From contig JANOYH010000332.1 in NCBI GenBank assembly GCA_031428775.1, positions 339 to 64,338 on the forward strand: DNA of 64,000 nt, given 5' to 3'. The translations under genes were made by a program, and so were the position numbers. The notes under the pieces were generated by a model. The model saw only the letters and a program-made list of their open reading frames with translations. It made no database searches and was not told the origin of the DNA. Positions 10,130 to 20,662 of the stretch are shown here, piece after piece. The DNA is from Bacteroidota bacterium. GTDB lineage: Bacteria; Bacteroidota; Bacteroidia; Chitinophagales; Chitinophagaceae. Numbering within the stretch: position 1 is the stretch's first letter; every line of letters starts with the position of its first letter.

Positions 10130-11362
10130 ATGTCAAAGACTCATATAATTAAAGATGTTTTTAGTGACGACAACTCTTCAGGGGTTGCACTTAAGAATAA
10201 AGCACTTAAAAAACTGATTTTCAAGCTTTTAGATCAAACAGACGTTAGCTCCATCACTGAATTGAGCAAAGAATTGCTCATTAGTGTGCCTAAAACTACC
10301 AGCCTAGTTAATGAATTAATTGACGAAGGCATGATCAAAGACTATGGTAAAATTGATTCTACAGGTGGCAGAAAGGCTAGTATGTATGGATTAGTTTCAG
10401 ATGCATGCTTTTTCATTGGGGTGGATGTAAAAAAATACTATATCAATATTGGATTGTTGAATTTTAAAAAACAACTGGTAACACAAAAAAACAGAATCCC
10501 ATATAAATTAGAAAATACACAAGAATCACTTACCCAATTGATTCAAATTATACAGGGTTTTATAAAAGAACAGTCAGTAAAGAAAGACAAGATCTTGAGC
10601 ATAGCAATTAATCTATCGGGTAGAATTAAAAATACCATTGGTTATAGTTTTAGTTTTTTCCACTTTCAAGAAGAGCCATTATCAATTATCATTCAAAACG
10701 AAATTGGGATTAAAACATTTTTAGAAAATGATTCTAGAGCAATGGCTTTCGGTGAATGCAATTTTGGAGATGTTAACTCTGAAAAGAATGTTTTATTTGT
10801 AAACATAGATTACGGCATAGGTTTAGGAATTCTAATTAATAGTGAAATATATTATGGCAAATCCGGATTTAGTGGTGAGTTTGGCCATATTCGTTTTTTT
10901 GACAATGAAATCATTTGTCATTGCGGTAAAAAAGGATGTTTAGAAACAGAAGCATCTGGAAATGCTTTAGTAAGAAAATTTAAAGAAAAAATTGAAAATG
11001 GATCTACTTCTATCATAGTAAAGAAAAATAAATCGCTTGATAATATAACCCTTACAGATATTATTCAAGCTGCAAAAGCTGAAGACGTTTTGTGCATTGA
11101 ATTATTAGCTGAAGTTGGAGAAAAACTAGGTATGGGATTGGCTGCTATGATCAACGTTTTCAATCCAGAATTAATTATTTTAGGTGGAACACTTTCTGAA
11201 ACAGGCGATTTTTTAAGGCTACCTATCAGAAGCGCCATCAATAAATATTCTTTGAGCTTGGTTAACTCAGATACAGAACTTAGACTATCTAAACTAGGTG
11301 AAAAAGCAGGTATACTTGGAGCCTGTTTGATTGCTAGAAATAAAGTATTATCGGTTATTTAA
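10130..11362 (+). CDS. ROK family transcriptional regulator (NagC/XylR-like)
   Basis: N-terminal HTH (SITELSKELLISVPKTTSLVNEL), ENDSRA, GFSGEFGH, CHCGKKGCLETEAS; divergent from the AGE operon. Confidence 0.93.
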   Translation: MSKTHIIKDVFSDDNSSGVALKNKALKKLIFKLLDQTDVSSITELSKELLISVPKTTSLVNELIDEGMIKDYGKIDSTGGRKASMYGLVSDACFFIGVDVKKYYINIGLLNFKKQLVTQKNRIPYKLENTQESLTQLIQIIQGFIKEQSVKKDKILSIAINLSGRIKNTIGYSFSFFHFQEEPLSIIIQNEIGIKTFLENDSRAMAFGECNFGDVNSEKNVLFVNIDYGIGLGILINSEIYYGKSGFSGEFGHIRFFDNEIICHCGKKGCLETEASGNALVRKFKEKIENGSTSIIVKKNKSLDNITLTDIIQAAKAEDVLCIELLAEVGEKLGMGLAAMINVFNPELIILGGTLSETGDFLRLPIRSAINKYSLSLVNSDTELRLSKLGEKAGILGACLIARNKVLSVI

Positions 11363-11403
11363 ATGATAATAATAACGCACACAATAGGATGTATAATTTA
11401 TTA

Positions 11404-12882
11404 TTATACTATATGAAGATTTAAGGTATTTAACCATTCATGATACAATCCTTGATAAAGCGCAACCTTTGTTGGTTCTATAATAGCGATGGATTGATGT
11501 ATAGTGCCTGCTTCTTCCGCTGAAGCATAATATTTAACACCAATGCCTGCGCCTTTTGCAGCACCTACACTACCGTCGGCATCATATAATTCCACAGGAA
11601 CGCCAATTACATTCACAAAGGTTTCGGTGAATACCTTGCTTAAAAACATATTTGCCTTTCCAGCTCTGATGGTAGTTGGTCGCATGCCATTTGATTGCAT
11701 AATATCAAAACCATATTTAAAAGCAAATGCGATACCTTCTTGTGCAGCTCTGAAGAAATGTGGCGCACTATGTTTATTTAGGTCGATGTTTTCAAAATGT
11801 GCCCCAACAATTTTGTTGTTGAAAATTCTTTCTGCACCATTACCAAATGGCAATACGTGAAGCCCGTCACTACCTGCGTTAATAGTTTCCGCTTGTACAT
11901 CAAATTCTTTATAGGAAAGCGATTTGCCAGCCATTTGCTTTACATAACGATTCATGATGCCAGTTCCGTTGATACATAACAGCACACCGGTTCTAGTTTT
12001 TTCTGCCGTATGATTGACGTGCGCAAAACTATTTAACCTTGATTGCTGGTCAAAAACCAACTGATCCGCCACCCCATAAATAACGCCTGAAGTACCTGCT
12101 GTTGCTGCTACTTCCCCCGCATTCAATACATTTAAGGATAATGCATTATTGGGTTGGTCGCCTGCTTTATAAGTAACAGGTATGCCTTCTTTTAATCCTA
12201 ATTCAGCAGCCACTTTTTGGGAGACTTTCCCATGCTCACTGAACACATCTTGAATAGTTGGGAAGATTTTTTTATCGAATCCAAAATAGTTCAACACATC
12301 TGTAGAAAGCGCATTGGTGGTAAAGTCCCAGAAAATCCCTTCCGATAAAGAAGAGGCTGAAGTAGTGGTTGTATCTGTTAATTTAAAAGCAATAAAATCG
12401 CCAGGCAATAAGATCTTATCAATTTTTTGATACACTTCAGGTTCATGTTCTTTAACCCAAGCTAATTTTGCTGCTGTAAAATTTCCAGGAGAATTTAGTA
12501 GGTGCGTTAAACATTTTGCTTTACCAATTGTTTCAAAAGCGGCATCGCCATAAGAAACGGCCCTACTATCGCACCAAATAATACTATTTCTCAAAGTATT
12601 CCCATTCTGATCAATCAACACCAATCCGTGCATTTGGTAGGCAATGCCGATTGCACCAATATCTTGGGGATCATATTTTCCAGTAGCATTTGATTTTTTG
12701 ATGGCTGCCTGTACATCGCTCCACCATTGCTCTGGAGATTGTTCAGCCCATCCAGTTTGAAGAGAGATGATCTCAGATTCTGTTTCAGGATACTGTGCAG
12801 AAGAAATCGTTTTTTGCGTTGCTGCATCCATAACAGAAACCTTGATAGATGAAGTGCCTAAGTCTATACCTAATAATAACAT
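11404..12882 (-). CDS. xylB: Xylulokinase (FGGY family)
   Basis: LGIDLGTSSIK, IIWCDSR, AGDQPNNA, GTSGV; clustered with xylA. Confidence 0.92.
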   Translation of the reverse strand: MLLLGIDLGTSSIKVSVMDAATQKTISSAQYPETESEIISLQTGWAEQSPEQWWSDVQAAIKKSNATGKYDPQDIGAIGIAYQMHGLVLIDQNGNTLRNSIIWCDSRAVSYGDAAFETIGKAKCLTHLLNSPGNFTAAKLAWVKEHEPEVYQKIDKILLPGDFIAFKLTDTTTTSASSLSEGIFWDFTTNALSTDVLNYFGFDKKIFPTIQDVFSEHGKVSQKVAAELGLKEGIPVTYKAGDQPNNALSLNVLNAGEVAATAGTSGVIYGVADQLVFDQQSRLNSFAHVNHTAEKTRTGVLLCINGTGIMNRYVKQMAGKSLSYKEFDVQAETINAGSDGLHVLPFGNGAERIFNNKIVGAHFENIDLNKHSAPHFFRAAQEGIAFAFKYGFDIMQSNGMRPTTIRAGKANMFLSKVFTETFVNVIGVPVELYDADGSVGAAKGAGIGVKYYASAEEAGTIHQSIAIIEPTKVALYQGLYHEWLNTLNLHIV

Positions 12883-12950
12883 GAGTCAAAATTTTATTCC
12901 CTTTGCAATACTCGCTTAACTGCTGCAATATATTCCATTTAAAAAATATA

Positions 12951-13604
12951 TTATGCAAACTTTTTTGCGTCTTCTAAAAATTTTGCTAACCCAATATCGG
13001 TCAAAGGATGATTTAATAAACCAAGAATTGAATCAAGTGGACAGGTACAAACATCTGCACCAGCTTCTGCACATTTCACAATATGCAAAGCATTGCGAAT
13101 GGATGCAGCAAGAATTTCAGATTTAAATCCTTGTATAGAATAGATCTGCGCAATTTGTGCAATCAATTCAACACCATCCCAACTACTATCGTCTATTCTT
13201 CCAATAAAGGGTGAAATATACGTAGCGCCTGCTTTTGCGGCAAGGATGGCTTGACCGGCCGAGAAAATCAATGTACAGTTAGTTTTGATACCATTATCTG
13301 TAAACCATTTGATGGCTTTAATACCGTCTTTGATCATGGGTACTTTCACCACAATATTTGGATGTATGGTAACTAATTTTTTCCCTTCTTCTATTATTCC
13401 TGTAAAATCTGTTGAAATTACTTCGGCACTGATATCGCCATCAACCATTTCGCAAATGATTTTATAATGCTGCATCACAGCTGCTTGGCCTTTGATGCCT
13501 TCTTTTGCCATTAAGGATGGATTGGTAGTAACTCCATCTAAAATTCCCAGATCATTTGCTTCTTTGATTTGATCAAGGTTTGCTGTGTCGATAAAAAATT
13601 TCAT
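12951..13604 (-). CDS. tal: Transaldolase, small (FSA-like) type
   Basis: FFIDTAN, GVTTNPS, Schiff-base VVKVP. SAEV (Glu) and SPF (Phe) residues are transaldolase-type rather than FSA-type (Gln/Tyr). Confidence 0.88.
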   Translation of the reverse strand: MKFFIDTANLDQIKEANDLGILDGVTTNPSLMAKEGIKGQAAVMQHYKIICEMVDGDISAEVISTDFTGIIEEGKKLVTIHPNIVVKVPMIKDGIKAIKWFTDNGIKTNCTLIFSAGQAILAAKAGATYISPFIGRIDDSSWDGVELIAQIAQIYSIQGFKSEILAASIRNALHIVKCAEAGADVCTCPLDSILGLLNHPLTDIGLAKFLEDAKKFA

Positions 13605-13620
13605 TATTGATTTTTTAAAT

Positions 13621-13652
13621 TAAAAACGGGGTGCGTTTTATCGTACCCCGTT
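13621..13652 (-). terminator. Stem-loop/terminator between xylA and tal
   Basis: Minus strand AACGGGGTACG-ataaaa-CGCACCCCGTT followed by TTT. Confidence 0.65.
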
Positions 13653-13661
13653 ACTATTATT

Positions 13662-14990
13662 TTAAATAAATTTGTTCACAATATTTTCGAAGTATTCTTG
13701 TTTTCCACTGGTTGTTTTCGGCTCTCCGTTTTCAACCGCGTAAGTTCTAAGCTCTTCCAGTGTTAATTCTCCTAATTCATACTTTCTTCCAACGCCTGTA
13801 TCGAAGGAAGCATAACGATTTAAGCGTTGTTGTTTATAGTCAGATTTTTGCAAAATATTATCTGCTGCCACCAATGCTCTTGCAAATGTGTCTATGCCTC
13901 CAATATGTGCATGGAATAAGTCCGACATATCTGTTGAGTTTCTTCTGATCTTTGCATCAAAATTTATTCCACCTCCGCCAAAACCACCTGCTTCCACAAT
14001 AATCAACATGGCCTCTGTGATATCATTGAGGTTATTGGGGAATTGATCCGTATCCCATCCATTTTGTGCATCGCCTCTATTCGCATCCATTGAACCCAGC
14101 ATACCAGCGTCTACAGCTACTTGTAACTCGTGTTGGAAGGTATGTCCAGCTAAAGTTGCGTGGTTCACTTCAATATTTAATTTGAAGTCGTTCAACAAAT
14201 CATATTGGCGAAGGAAGCCAATCACCGTTTCACTATCATAATCGTATTGGTGTTTGGTTGGCTCGCAAGGTTTGGGTTCAATGAAGAAAGTTCCTTTGAA
14301 TCCATTTTTTCTAGCATAGTCTTTTGCAGTATGTAAGAATTTTGCCAGATGTTCTTTTTCGCGTTTCATATTGGTATTGAGCAAAGACATATAGCCTTCT
14401 CTTCCACCCCAGAATACATAGTTCTCTCCATTTAATGCAATGGTAGCATCAATGGCCCCTTTAACTTGAGCTGCTGCATGAGAGAGCACATGGAAATTAG
14501 GGTTGGTAGAGGCCCCATTCATATACCTTCTATTACTGAATACGTTGGCGGTACCCCATAAAAGTTTAACACCACTAGCATCTTGCTTTTGCTTTAGATA
14601 GGCAGTTAATTCTTGTAAACGCTTGTCGTTATCGTCAACATCATTGGTATAGTCAACCACATCCACATCATGAAAACAATAATAAGGCAATCCCAATTTT
14701 GTGATGAATTCAAAAGCTGCGTCTGCTTTATCCTTGGCTCTTGCAATAGCGTCGGCATGTTCATTCCATGGATGAATCTGTGTAGGCTCGCCAAAAGGAT
14801 CGCTACCATTACCCACAAATGAATGCCAATAAGCCACTGCAAAACGCAACCACTCTTTCATTGTTTTACCTGCTACTACTTTGGTCTCATCATACCAGCG
14901 ATAGGCTAAGGGATTATCGCTCTCTACTCCTTCAAACTTAATTTGAGGAATTCCTTTAAAAAATTCTTTCTCTCCTAGTAAAACTGACAT
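13662..14990 (-). CDS. xylA: Xylose isomerase (class II)
   Basis: RFAVAYWH, FHDVD, FWGGREGY, FIEPKPCEP, NIEVNHATLAGH, GWDTDQFP. Confidence 0.98.
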   Translation of the reverse strand: MSVLLGEKEFFKGIPQIKFEGVESDNPLAYRWYDETKVVAGKTMKEWLRFAVAYWHSFVGNGSDPFGEPTQIHPWNEHADAIARAKDKADAAFEFITKLGLPYYCFHDVDVVDYTNDVDDNDKRLQELTAYLKQKQDASGVKLLWGTANVFSNRRYMNGASTNPNFHVLSHAAAQVKGAIDATIALNGENYVFWGGREGYMSLLNTNMKREKEHLAKFLHTAKDYARKNGFKGTFFIEPKPCEPTKHQYDYDSETVIGFLRQYDLLNDFKLNIEVNHATLAGHTFQHELQVAVDAGMLGSMDANRGDAQNGWDTDQFPNNLNDITEAMLIIVEAGGFGGGGINFDAKIRRNSTDMSDLFHAHIGGIDTFARALVAADNILQKSDYKQQRLNRYASFDTGVGRKYELGELTLEELRTYAVENGEPKTTSGKQEYFENIVNKFI

Positions 14991-15143
14991 AATTTTTATT
15001 TTTTATCATTATAAAGGATACTCATTCTAATATAAAATATAGCCACCAAAGAAGAATCCCCGGTGGGTTTATCTAACTACTGATTGCCAAAAAATATTTT
15101 TGATTTTTTTTTAATAACCAATGAAGTATAAAAAATAATTAGT

Positions 15144-15175
15144 AAAGGGAGAGATTAAGTTTAATCTCTCCCTTC
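15144..15175 (-). terminator. Rho-independent terminator after the xylan SusD
   Basis: Perfect 13-bp inverted repeat AAGGGAGAGATTA-agtt-TAATCTCTCCCTT. Confidence 0.8.
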
Positions 15176-15200
15176 TGAATTAATTTATAAACAAGTACAA

Positions 15201-17024
15201 TTAGTATCCTGGATTTTGAGTAAATGCAGGCCCTTCTGTTACTCTATCAATTTGTGACTGTGGAATAGGCCTCAACATATGAAAATCTTTAATGTATGTA
15301 GCTGCTTCTGGATTCCAAGCTTTTACTCTTGTAATCAATGAGCGAGTACGTACTAGATCATGCCATCTTTGCCATTCACCAAAAAATTCACGGCTACGTT
15401 CATCTAGAATAAAGTCTAGGGTTACATCTGCTGCAGTAATTGTGTTGGCAACTACAGCTGCGGCATTTTGTACAGGGGTATTTGTTTTTCTGTATGCAGC
15501 TCTTTGTCTTACTACATTTATCATTGCAGCCGCATTTGTTAAATCACCTGCTTTAAAATATGCTTCAGCGGCAGTCATGTATACATCTGAAAAACGGTAT
15601 AATACACATGGTCTTGTAGATGGATCATTGAAGTTTGCACCTCTACTTGGATCCATGTACTTTTTAAGCGCAGGGAAAATGGCATTATTCCATAAACTAG
15701 GTGGTACAATGATTCCTTTAAATGGCCTTGTACCATTAAATTGTGGCGCACCAGCAACTTCAAAGTCCGGCAACCAAACTGCAGTATCAGTACCAACTAC
15801 AGTTGTATAACCAATTCCTCGGCTATTATTTGCAGCAGTAGCAGAATTTGTAACCGCAGTATTAGCAATATAAACGGTATAAAAAGAATTAGCAAATCTT
15901 GAATCTGAAGTTCTGTTTGTAAATGCTTGATCCATGAAATATGTTTTACCCGCATTTGCTCCGCTTGTCCATTTAAAATAATTCGGGGCTACACGAACAT
16001 AAGGACGACCATAATAAGAATCTCTAATCATACCAGAAGTACCACTATTAACGAAAGATCCAGAAGTGTTTTTGAAAGAATTCACGCCACTATTATTAGG
16101 ATAATTCCAGTTAGTAAACCAAGGAGAAAGGTTTTGAGCAGCGCCACCACTAGCTCCACCACCTACAGTATAATAACCATACTTAGGTTCTAGAGCGTGG
16201 TCACTTACAAACATAGTTTCTTTGCCATAATCGTTTGCAGGAACAAATGCATCGCCAAAATCTTGCCATAAATCCAATCCATAAGTTGATTTTTTTGCGA
16301 TAACATCAGCACAAATTGCAGCTGCTTGAGAAAAATCTGATGCAGAATTTTTCAACCATCCCCTTGTTAAATACGCCTTTGCTAATAACAACTGTGCAAC
16401 AGGTTTAGTAGCTGCTTTGCCCAAGAATGGAGCGGTTATAGTATTCGGTAAATCAGCCGACGCAGATGTTAAATCTTGTATGATGAGGTCATAAATACTA
16501 TCAACGGTTGACCTTCTGTCTGCTTGTGAAGGAACAGTTATGAAAGTAGTATGATAAGGAACAGCCCCATAGGTTTGAACTAAATAAAAATACCAAAAAC
16601 CTCTTAAAAATTTGGCTTGAGCCAAATATTGTTTTTTAGTTAATGAATCTACCGCTATAGTTTGGCCATACTGAAGCACTCCATTCAAAGTATTGATATC
16701 TTGGAATGCGGTACCCCAAGCAGCACCAAAATTTGTTGAGTTAAGCCCGTTGTAAGTGGTTATTATAGAATTACCACTTTGTCCCATTAAAAACTCATCT
16801 GTACCTGCTTGCATCTCATTCGTGAAGCCCTCCGTTCCCCATTGAGACCGGATATCATTATATACCCCGGCAACTCCACCTAATACTCCGGCGGATGATG
16901 CAAAAAATGATGGAACAACTTGTGATTGCGGATGCTCTTCCAACAATTTCTTACAACCTGTTCCTACTGCAAGAATTACAGTTAAAAGTAGAACAGTGTT
17001 AATTATTTTTTTATAGAAGTTCAT
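15201..17024 (-). CDS. susD: RagB/SusD family lipoprotein (xylan locus)
   Basis: Lipobox (VGTGC), YRFSDVYMTAAEA, LDERSREFFGEWQRWHDLVRT, LRPIPQSQID..QNPGY. Confidence 0.95.
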   Translation of the reverse strand: MNFYKKIINTVLLLTVILAVGTGCKKLLEEHPQSQVVPSFFASSAGVLGGVAGVYNDIRSQWGTEGFTNEMQAGTDEFLMGQSGNSIITTYNGLNSTNFGAAWGTAFQDINTLNGVLQYGQTIAVDSLTKKQYLAQAKFLRGFWYFYLVQTYGAVPYHTTFITVPSQADRRSTVDSIYDLIIQDLTSASADLPNTITAPFLGKAATKPVAQLLLAKAYLTRGWLKNSASDFSQAAAICADVIAKKSTYGLDLWQDFGDAFVPANDYGKETMFVSDHALEPKYGYYTVGGGASGGAAQNLSPWFTNWNYPNNSGVNSFKNTSGSFVNSGTSGMIRDSYYGRPYVRVAPNYFKWTSGANAGKTYFMDQAFTNRTSDSRFANSFYTVYIANTAVTNSATAANNSRGIGYTTVVGTDTAVWLPDFEVAGAPQFNGTRPFKGIIVPPSLWNNAIFPALKKYMDPSRGANFNDPSTRPCVLYRFSDVYMTAAEAYFKAGDLTNAAAMINVVRQRAAYRKTNTPVQNAAAVVANTITAADVTLDFILDERSREFFGEWQRWHDLVRTRSLITRVKAWNPEAATYIKDFHMLRPIPQSQIDRVTEGPAFTQNPGY

Positions 17025-17044
17025 AATTAGATAGTTTAATTGGT

Positions 17045-20000
17045 TTAAAATTTAATGTTTAATCCAATAGTGAATTGCCTTGTGGAAGGATTGTTCAAAT
17101 CAACGCTAATTTGTCTAGTTGGCGCGCCTGCATCGCTAGCTCCTGATGGAGTTACAGGATTTGAATTATATGCATTTCCTTCTGGATCAGGACCAAAACC
17201 AGCATCAACAAATGGAGAATAAACAACAAATGGATTTGTCACATTTACATAGAATCTTGCAGCACTAATTCCAGTTTTTGAAAAGATACTATTTGGAAGC
17301 TGATACCCAATATTGATACTTCTACATTTAATAAATGAACCATCTTGATAACCTAAAACAGATCCAAAATGTGCTACTGCATTTCCTGCATCAGGGGCCG
17401 GAAAATTATTAGTAGGATTACTACGAGTCCAATAATCCACCTTAATTTGATTCACGCGACTTTGATTAAAGAAAGCAAAACCACCAGCACCAGTTGAGTT
17501 ACCAGTTAAATATGGAACAGCCGTCATCATACCCATTTTCGCATATGTAACGATGGATAAATCGAATCCTTTATAACTGAATCTGTTTGTCCAACCTCCT
17601 TCCCATTTTGGTTGAAAGTTGCCAATAATTTGTCTATCTGCAGCGGTAATTTTATTATCGCCATCTATATCTTCCACACGAATTTGTCCTGGATATTGGA
17701 CAGGCGATGTCTGTATAGCAATAATTCCTTTTGCGGAATCCTCCGATTGCCATATGCCAATTTTCTTATAGTCATAAATTACAGATAATGGTTGACCAAC
17801 AAACCAACCGTTTCCTTTTATTGACTGTTCGGTAGGAGTACTCAACTGAGTAATTTTTTCTCTGTTAAAAAAGTAAACAAAATCAACACTCCAATTGAAG
17901 CCAGATTTACTTTTAATTACATCTGCACTCAAAGTAAGTTCTAATCCGTGCGACTCGGTCTTTCCTAAGTTTTTCAAAGTAGAACCGGCACCATTACTTT
18001 GAGGAAGATTTACAGATAACAAAATGTCTTTCGTTTTTTGCTGATAATAATCAATACTAGCAGTAATTCTGTTGTTTAGTATACTGAAGTCTAACCCAAG
18101 ATCAACTTGTTCTGTAGATTGCCAACCTAATCCATTTGCTGGCAAACTTGTTACTGTATAGGCCAATTGTTGTCCAGCTGCAGCAGTTCCAAAATTGTAA
18201 TATCCAGCAGACAATGCGCCCAATGTAGCGTATGGAGAAACGTTTCTGTTACCAGATAATCCCCAACCTCCTCTAACTTTTAAGCTTGTAAGCCAAGAAA
18301 CATTTTGCATAAATTTTTCTTGCGTTACAACCCAACCTAATCCTACAGAAGGATAAGTAAACCATTGATTACCTGGCGACAAAGTAGATGAACCATCAGT
18401 TCGTAACGTTGCAGTAAATAAATATTTGTTATCATATCCATAGTTAAAACGTCCCATGTATGAAACTAATCCTTGTTCTGTAAAACTACCGTTTGCTGTT
18501 GGTGTACCGCTTGCTAAAGCAAAATTGGCACTAGCAATATAATCTGCAGGAACGCCAGTAATAGCCATGCTGCTGCCTTGTGAATGGTCTTTCGTTACTT
18601 CAAATAAGCCTGTAAATCCAATTTTGTGCTTTTGAGCAATTACTTTATCATAATACAATAAGTGTTGTAAATTATAATTCCAAAATTCAGTATTATTTAC
18701 ATTTGCATTAGAAGAAGTTTGAACTGTAGCAGTATTTACATAAGTATTTGGACCTGAATATCCATTAAAACTAGATTGGCTATAATTTAAACCAGCATTA
18801 AATCTATAACGAAGGCCTTCGATTAATTTTACTTCCAAATAAGCACTATTAAAAGATCTAATTGACCTGCTTTTTGATAAAATTGCCTCTGATTTAGTTA
18901 TTAAGGTTAAAGGACTAACAATTGCTGCGTCGATAGAACCAGCAGCTGGATATAAGTTTACTGATCCGTCAGTATTATATGGTGATGCTAAAGGAGTTAA
19001 TCTAACTAAACCTCCAGGTACTCCACCACCACCAGGGTTATTAGTATAACTAAGCGTATTTAAACTATTAACACCAATTTTTACACGATTTCCAAGTTTT
19101 TGATCGATTGTTACACGTAATGTAGAACGATCGAATTTTTGATTTGGAATAATTCCATCTTCTTTAAAATAGCCTGCTCCTAAAGAATATTGCGTTGTTT
19201 CTGAACCACCTTGCAAACTTAATTGGTGGTTCATGGTGCTTCCTGTTTTAAAAATTAAATCTTGCCAATTGGTAGATACCCCTGCAGCGAGTGCATCTTT
19301 CTCAGGTATTGTAAGTAAATAAGAGGATGTACCACCACTACTTGGCCATGAAGATCGATTGAATGTAGCCGCATCACTTTTTAGTTGTGCATATTCCGCT
19401 CCGTTGTACACATTGTATTTGCCCATTACAGAAGTAGAGGAAAAATAATCATCAAAGCTGATAACTGGCTTTCCAACTTTACCTCGTTTTGTAGTAATCA
19501 ATATAACCCCACCAGCACCACGTGAGCCATAAATAGCAGTAGCAGATGCATCTTTCAAAATATCCATACTGACAATATCATCTGGGTTTAAATCATTGAT
19601 ACCGCCAAATGGTATTCCATCAACTACAAATAATGGTCCGTCCAAATTATCACTTGAACCAGCACCAGTAGTTAAAGTTCTATTACCACGAATACGAATT
19701 TGCGGAACCGACCCAACTGATCCACTATTGTTTGTAATAGAAACACCAGCGGCTCTACCTTTCAATTGAGAAACAGCATTACCAGCTGGCACTTCTTGCA
19801 ATGTTTTTGCACTTATTGAAACTACTGACCCTGTTAGATCTTTTTTACGCTGTGTACCATAACCAACCACTACAACTTGATCCAACTCTTTTGACAATGG
19901 CATTAAACTTACGCTGATTTCTTCTAAGGAATTAGTAACTGCAATTTCCTTTGGTTCAAAACTTAGATAGGAAATTACCAAAACTGGGATACCGGTTACA

Positions 20001-20239
20001 GCCAACGAAACATGACCGGTCTTGACTGTAGTAGTTCCTACAGTAGAACCTTATAAAGTAAAAGAAGCTCCTTCAATTACAGCACCTTTATCATCCATTA
20101 CCTTGCCTTTAATAGTTTTTGTTTGCGCAAAAGAAGGTGATGATAAAAACAGCATCTGCGCAATAAACAACAGAAAAAATGCCATTTTCTTTAACATTAG
20201 TCCTGCGTTAAATCTAAAATGTATAATATTTTGTTCCAT
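17045..20239 (-). pseudogene. susC: SusC/RagA TonB-dependent transporter interrupted by an in-frame TAA at 20051-20053
   Basis: ORFs 20051..20260 (signal peptide, probable ATG 20239) and 17045..20005 share a frame and read ...GASFTL*GSTVGTTTVKTGHVSLAVTGIPVLVISY... across the stop. The remaining 986 aa look like an intact plug and barrel. Confidence 0.88.
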
Positions 20240-20648
20240 AACAGTTTGTTTGATTGACAATCGTTAATACTTGTGTTATTCAATAATGATCTTATGCATT
20301 TTAAGGAGATTTGCTCCTAAGAAGTATTGGCTCTTTTTTCATATGGCTGTTGTTTTAAGGTTTAATAAATGGTACACAAGATTGTTGCACGATGAATAAC
20401 CATTGCTTAGGGTTTTCAGCAGTATTATAAAATGCCTTCGATTGCATTTTTGATAGTAAAAAAAAGGACTGAATAGAGGGAATATATATAGCTAGTATTG
20501 AAACCCAATAGAGACTTAGCAACACACTAATTACCCCAATTATAAAGAATGGATTTTCCATACAGCAGCTAATCGAATGGTTAAAAAAACAACTATTTTT
20601 TCTGAAAATTTATTATTCTGGAACGAATATACAAGAATTATTTAAAAA

Positions 20649-20662
20649 TGTAACCGTTTACA
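20649..20662. promoter_or_regulatory. LacI-type operator TGTAACCGTTTACA upstream of the xylan susC
   Basis: Palindrome TGTAAnCGnTTACA, identical to the site at 29776. Confidence 0.75.

Noticed and set aside
8768-11362. Calling the AGE/ROK locus a sialic acid (nan) operon
   Set aside because: No sialidase, N-acetylneuraminate lyase or NanT-like transporter is present; the SASA-type esterase lies 27 kb away inside the xylan operon
20051-20053. Stop-codon reassignment or programmed read-through to explain the TAA in susC and the TGA at 47490
   Set aside because: TAA, TAG and TGA all end ordinary genes in this window, and no suppressor tRNA or SECIS-like element was seen
19985-20070. Diversity-generating retroelement variable region (several inferred A>T changes)
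   Set aside because: No reverse transcriptase or template repeat in the window, the site is N-terminal, and the ancestral bases are only inferred from consensus
20355-20561. 68-aa hydrophobic ORF upstream of susC as a small membrane or leader protein
   Set aside because: No recognisable motif; hydrophobic ORFs arise easily on the T-rich strand of AT-rich spacers; needs Ribo-seq or conservation evidence
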